64,000 bases of DNA, taken from the NCBI GenBank assembly GCA_964391975.1, contig CAYMNZ010000001.1:15280-79279 (forward strand), written 5' to 3'. Made by a program: the position numbers and the translations under genes. This DNA comes from an uncultured Candidatus Saccharibacteria bacterium. Its GTDB lineage: Bacteria > Patescibacteriota > Minisyncoccia > Phycocordibacterales > Phycocordibacteraceae. The notes beneath the pieces are model-generated. The model saw only the letters and a list, made by a program, of their open reading frames with translations. It was not told the DNA's origin and did not search any database. Positions 60,122 through 64,000 of this stretch are shown in pieces. Numbering within the stretch: the stretch's first letter is position 1; the number at the start of each line of letters is the position of its first letter.

Positions 60122-61204
60122 ATGGGCATCTTCGACATGTTCGTACCAAAAAAGAAGACGAAGAGCGTCATTGGCATTGACATGGGCTCCTCCTCTCTCA
60201 AGGTCGTGCAGTTGCGGCGTGAGGGCGGGACGGCGGTTCTTGAAAACTACGGCGAGCTCGCGCTTGGTCCCTATGCTGGCTCTGAAATTGGTACTGCAAC
60301 CAACCTTCCTGCCGAGAAGCTTGCCGAGGCGCTCACTGACCTCATTCGCGAGGTAGGCATCACCACCACTGACGCAGGCATCTCCATTCCATTCTCCCGT
60401 TCGCTCCTTACGTTGGTGGAGCTTCCTCGTCGGGATAATGCAGAAGAACAAAAAACCATCATCTCGCTTGAAGCGAGGAAGTACATTCCGGTACCGGTGT
60501 CAGAAGTGCAGCTCGATTGGTTCGTCGTCCCCGAGACCTTGCCGGAAGGGAACGAGCTGCCAAACAAGGTAAAGGTATTGCTCGTGGCGGTGCACAACGA
60601 TGAACTTACTCTTTTGCAAAGTGTGATTACCGCAGCGAAGCTCCAAGCAACCTTTTATGAGATTGAGATTTTCAGTACTATTCGTTCCGTTGTTGATGAG
60701 CCGGTGAAGCCAGTGTTGGTACTTGATATCGGTGCATCTGCCGCCAAGGTGTACGTGGTGGAGCGCGGCGTGGTCGCACTTTCGCACAACATCCGTGCAG
60801 GTGGACAGGACATCACGCGCTCCATTGCGACGGCAAATAATCTTGCCATCGCTGCTGCTGAAGCACAGAAGAAAGAATTCGGCTTTGCCACAGGAGCCAG
60901 CTACGACCGCGCAACGGTGGAAACCATCTTCTCGCGCATCTTTGAAGAAGCGAAGCGTGTGATGGTGCAGTATGAGACCGCTCACAACAAAGCTGTCTCA
61001 GGGCTTGTGCTTACCGGTGGGGGAGCAGTGACCAAGGAACTGGCCGCCTACGCCACCTCCTTCTTCTCGGTTGATGTGCGCATTGCCGATCCGTTCGCAA
61101 AGACCGCCGCTCCTGCATTCATGCGCCCCGTACTCCAGGAGATAGGACCAGAGTTTGCTGTTGCGGTAGGTCTTGCGCTCCGTAAGCTTGAAAACCTCGA
61201 CTAA
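60122..61204 (+). CDS. pilM: Type IV pilus assembly protein PilM
   Basis: IGIDMGSSSLKVV, EARKYIP, LTGGGA, AVAVGLALR. Confidence 0.93.
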   Translation: MGIFDMFVPKKKTKSVIGIDMGSSSLKVVQLRREGGTAVLENYGELALGPYAGSEIGTATNLPAEKLAEALTDLIREVGITTTDAGISIPFSRSLLTLVELPRRDNAEEQKTIISLEARKYIPVPVSEVQLDWFVVPETLPEGNELPNKVKVLLVAVHNDELTLLQSVITAAKLQATFYEIEIFSTIRSVVDEPVKPVLVLDIGASAAKVYVVERGVVALSHNIRAGGQDITRSIATANNLAIAAAEAQKKEFGFATGASYDRATVETIFSRIFEEAKRVMVQYETAHNKAVSGLVLTGGGAVTKELAAYATSFFSVDVRIADPFAKTAAPAFMRPVLQEIGPEFAVAVGLALRKLENLD

Positions 61205-61266
61205 TTGTTTCCACACGTGTGCGTAAGGGATACATAGGAGGCCCGTAGGACTGGTATACTGCTTGC

Positions 61267-61962
61267 ATGGCTCTTTCTCCGACCATACCGACTTCCTTCG
61301 TACCTAAGCAGCCGGTACTGCGCACGGTTCCCAACCGCCCGAAATCAAGCGGTGCGAACTTGTTCATGGTCGTCTCCTTCTTTCTCCTTGGTGCAGCGGT
61401 GATAGGTTCGATTGCCGTGTTTGGGTACCAGCAGTATCTGAAGGGAGTGATTGCAAGCAAGGAAGCTGATCTCAAGGCAGCTGAGGAGCGCATCAATTTC
61501 TCAACGGTGGAGGAATTCATTCGTGTGCGCAACCGCTTTACGGCAAGTCAGGAGTTGCTCGACCAGCACGTTGCACTTTCGCAGTTTTTGACCGTGCTTG
61601 AGACCACCACGCTCGCAAGCGTTCGGTTCAGCACGATGGGCTTCACGCTTGAAGATGACGGCACCCCTACCGTGGAAATGGCTGGTACCGCCCGCAGCTT
61701 CAACGCGCTTGCTGCACAATCAAACGCCTTTGGTACCGATACGCGCATCAAGAGCGCCATCTTCTCTGGCATCAAAGTGAATCCAAATAACTCAGTTTCG
61801 TTCACACTCACCGCTAACCTTTCTCCATCCCTGGTTACCATGATGGATCCTGCTGACTTGCCAACACAGCAGCGCTTTGTACCACCAGTGGCAACGTCGA
61901 CAGCAACGACCACCACTCCTACTTCCGCAACGACGACCGCTACTACCACGCCACGCCTATGA
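61267..61962 (+). CDS. PilN-like protein
   Basis: TSFVPK N-motif, TM, position after pilM. Confidence 0.75.
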   Translation: MALSPTIPTSFVPKQPVLRTVPNRPKSSGANLFMVVSFFLLGAAVIGSIAVFGYQQYLKGVIASKEADLKAAEERINFSTVEEFIRVRNRFTASQELLDQHVALSQFLTVLETTTLASVRFSTMGFTLEDDGTPTVEMAGTARSFNALAAQSNAFGTDTRIKSAIFSGIKVNPNNSVSFTLTANLSPSLVTMMDPADLPTQQRFVPPVATSTATTTTPTSATTTATTTPRL

Positions 61963-62516
61963 CCCGCTTCCTTCCCATCGTCGGCATTCTCATCGCACTC
62001 GGTCTTTTCGTAGGCTACATCCATCCGACGTACACGGGCGACGTTGCTGCCGCACGCGCACAGGTGAAGAGCTACGATAATGCGCTTGCTGCTGCTCGTG
62101 CGTTTGCTGAAAAGGAAGGGGAGCTGCTTTCTGAGAAGAGCGCGCTTCCTGAGGAACAGCTTGCGCGCCTCCAGACCTTCCTGCCTGATGGCGTGGACAA
62201 CGTGCAGCTCATCCTCGACCTTGATGCGCTTGCTACTCGAAGTGGTCTCAAGCTCTCGAACTTCGATGTTGCCGCTCCGGACCTGAACCAGGAATCCGAA
62301 CTTACCGGCAATCGTCTTCCGCTCGTGAGCGAGAAGCCAGCAGAGTCGCTTACGCTCTCAGTTTCTGCGACGGGAACCTATGGTGCCTTCCGTGCCTTCC
62401 TTGATGGCGCTGAGCACTCCTTGCGCCTGCTTGACCTCATCGGGCTTGAGATTCGTGACTCTGCCACGGGGGTCTACACATACAGCATGGTCTTCCGCAT
62501 CTATTGGCTCCAGTAA
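61959..62516 (+). CDS. PilO-like protein
   Basis: TM; LP..L..LA..SGL, GTY..F..FL..LRL. Confidence 0.75.
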   Translation: MTRFLPIVGILIALGLFVGYIHPTYTGDVAAARAQVKSYDNALAAARAFAEKEGELLSEKSALPEEQLARLQTFLPDGVDNVQLILDLDALATRSGLKLSNFDVAAPDLNQESELTGNRLPLVSEKPAESLTLSVSATGTYGAFRAFLDGAEHSLRLLDLIGLEIRDSATGVYTYSMVFRIYWLQ

Positions 62517-62523
62517 TACTTCT

Positions 62524-62829
62524 ATGAACTCACGCACTAACGTACTCCTTATCGTTCTCGGACTCATCGTCCTGGGTGCTGCTGCGTACATGCTGCTTGC
62601 GAAGGGGGAGCAAGCACCTGCTATTTCCGAGACTGACGGAGGGAACGAGACTGAGAGCGCCTTCCTAGCCCTCACTGCTGAAATTGGTGCCATCACCTTT
62701 GATACCGATGTTTTTGCGGACCCACGTTTCGCCACCCTGCGCGATATTCGTACTGTGATTCTTCCTGAGACGGCAGGACGCACCGACCCCTTTGCGCCGC
62801 TGCCGGGACTTGCTCCCGTACAGCCGTAG
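62524..62829 (+). CDS. Small pilus-associated membrane protein (PilP position)
   Basis: TM; GRTDPF motif; between pilO and pilB. Confidence 0.6.
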   Translation: MNSRTNVLLIVLGLIVLGAAAYMLLAKGEQAPAISETDGGNETESAFLALTAEIGAITFDTDVFADPRFATLRDIRTVILPETAGRTDPFAPLPGLAPVQP

Positions 62830-62832
62830 CGC

Positions 62833-64000
62833 ATGACGAACCTTCTCTCGCTGCTTCAGGACAAGGGCATACTGAAGCCCGGTGATGCCGTGGCGATTGA
62901 ACGCGAGGCGAAAGACTCAGGGGTTTCCCTTGAAGCCGCACTCATTGGTAGGGGTATTGCAATTGAGGACTTGCTCGCACTCAAAAGCGAGCGCTACGGC
63001 ATTCCCTCACGCGTGCTTCCAGCACAGACGCCTATTGAGCAGTCGGTACTGCAATACATTCCTGAGGACTCGGCTCGTCACTACCGTGCGGTCCCGCTGT
63101 TGGTGCGCGAAGGCGCGCTCGAAGTCGGCATCGTCGACCCAGACAACATTGAGGCTCTTGATGCACTCCAGTTTATCGCTGGCAGAATTGGCATGCCGTA
63201 CAAGCTGTTTATTATTTCAGAAGCAGATTTTGGGCGCGTGATTGACGAGTACAAGAACCTGACAGGGGAGGTGGGTGCTGCGCTCACTGAGTACGAGGGC
63301 TCTGAAGTTCCCGTTGAGCTTGATGCGGCGCCTGTCTCTTCACGAAAGGATGTTGAAGACACCATCAAGGCAGATGCACCGGTGACCAAGATTGTCGCGA
63401 CCGTATTGCGCTACGCGGTAGAAGGCGGTGCCTCTGATATTCACATTGAGCCTACTCCTGAGAGCACGCGGGTGCGTTTTCGCATGGATGGAGATTTGCA
63501 TACTTCGCTTGAACTTCCGCAGAAAGTGCACCCGGCAGTGGTGGCGCGCATCAAGATTCTTTCGCAGATGCGTCTTGATGAGAAGCGAAAGCCGCAGGAC
63601 GGGCGCTTCTCGACGTCGGTTGAAGGCCGTCGCATCGACTTCCGCGTGTCGACGTTCCCCACACAGTATGGCGAGAAGGTGGTGATGCGTATTCTCGACC
63701 GCTCGAAGGCCACTGCAACTATGGAGACGGTTGGGTTTAATGCTGAGCAGCTTGTGGTGGTGCGCGAAATGATTAAAGCTCCGTACGGCATCATCCTTAT
63801 GTCGGGTCCTACCGGTTCCGGTAAATCGACCACACTCTTCGCCATGCTCTCTGAGCTTGATCGCGAGGCCGCCAACGTGGTCTCGATTGAGGACCCGGTG
63901 GAGTACGAGATTTCTGGCGTGGCGCAGTCGCAGGTGCACCCAGAAATTGGCTACACCTTCGCTTCAGGACTTCGTTCCATCCTTCGTCAGGACCCGGACA
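62833..64000 (+). CDS. pilB: GspE/PilB type IV pilus assembly ATPase (3'-truncated by window edge)
   Basis: ASDIHIEP, PQDGRF, GPTGSGKSTT, IEDPVEY, LRSILRQDPD. Confidence 0.93.
   Translation, partial: MTNLLSLLQDKGILKPGDAVAIEREAKDSGVSLEAALIGRGIAIEDLLALKSERYGIPSRVLPAQTPIEQSVLQYIPEDSARHYRAVPLLVREGALEVGIVDPDNIEALDALQFIAGRIGMPYKLFIISEADFGRVIDEYKNLTGEVGAALTEYEGSEVPVELDAAPVSSRKDVEDTIKADAPVTKIVATVLRYAVEGGASDIHIEPTPESTRVRFRMDGDLHTSLELPQKVHPAVVARIKILSQMRLDEKRKPQDGRFSTSVEGRRIDFRVSTFPTQYGEKVVMRILDRSKATATMETVGFNAEQLVVVREMIKAPYGIILMSGPTGSGKSTTLFAMLSELDREAANVVSIEDPVEYEISGVAQSQVHPEIGYTFASGLRSILRQDPD

Overview
Window from a Patescibacteria (CPR) genome, most likely a Parcubacteria member. This is inferred from the absence of uL30 between rpsE and rplO, tRNA-Ile(UAU), r-proteins with Lys-rich tails, near-leaderless genes without Shine-Dalgarno sites, and a comF/pilMNO/pilB locus. 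1-21 kb is the str/S10/spc ribosomal-protein cluster (rpsL to secY-adk-map), broken at four places by orphan genes, terminators and re-start sigma70 promoters. 21-30 kb is an accessory, co-oriented gene array punctuated by two families of short repeats sitting right after stop codons: a tRNA-Gln-like 3'-end fragment (A) and a related GTTCCAACATCGTCC element (B). This is the best candidate for an undescribed cassette or att-site system. 30-64 kb holds infC-rpmI-rplT, a yhhQ-cofE-like operon with a structured leader, a CHASE4 two-component pair, tmRNA-smpB, ftsH, tRNA-Ile(UAU), recG, envelope proteins, malic enzyme, purD, purA, nfi, tRNA-Ser, comF and type IV pilus genes. Two unannotated structured RNAs (upstream of tuf and at ~22.2 kb) share a sequence motif. 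All calls were made by eye; no database searches or folding programs were run.
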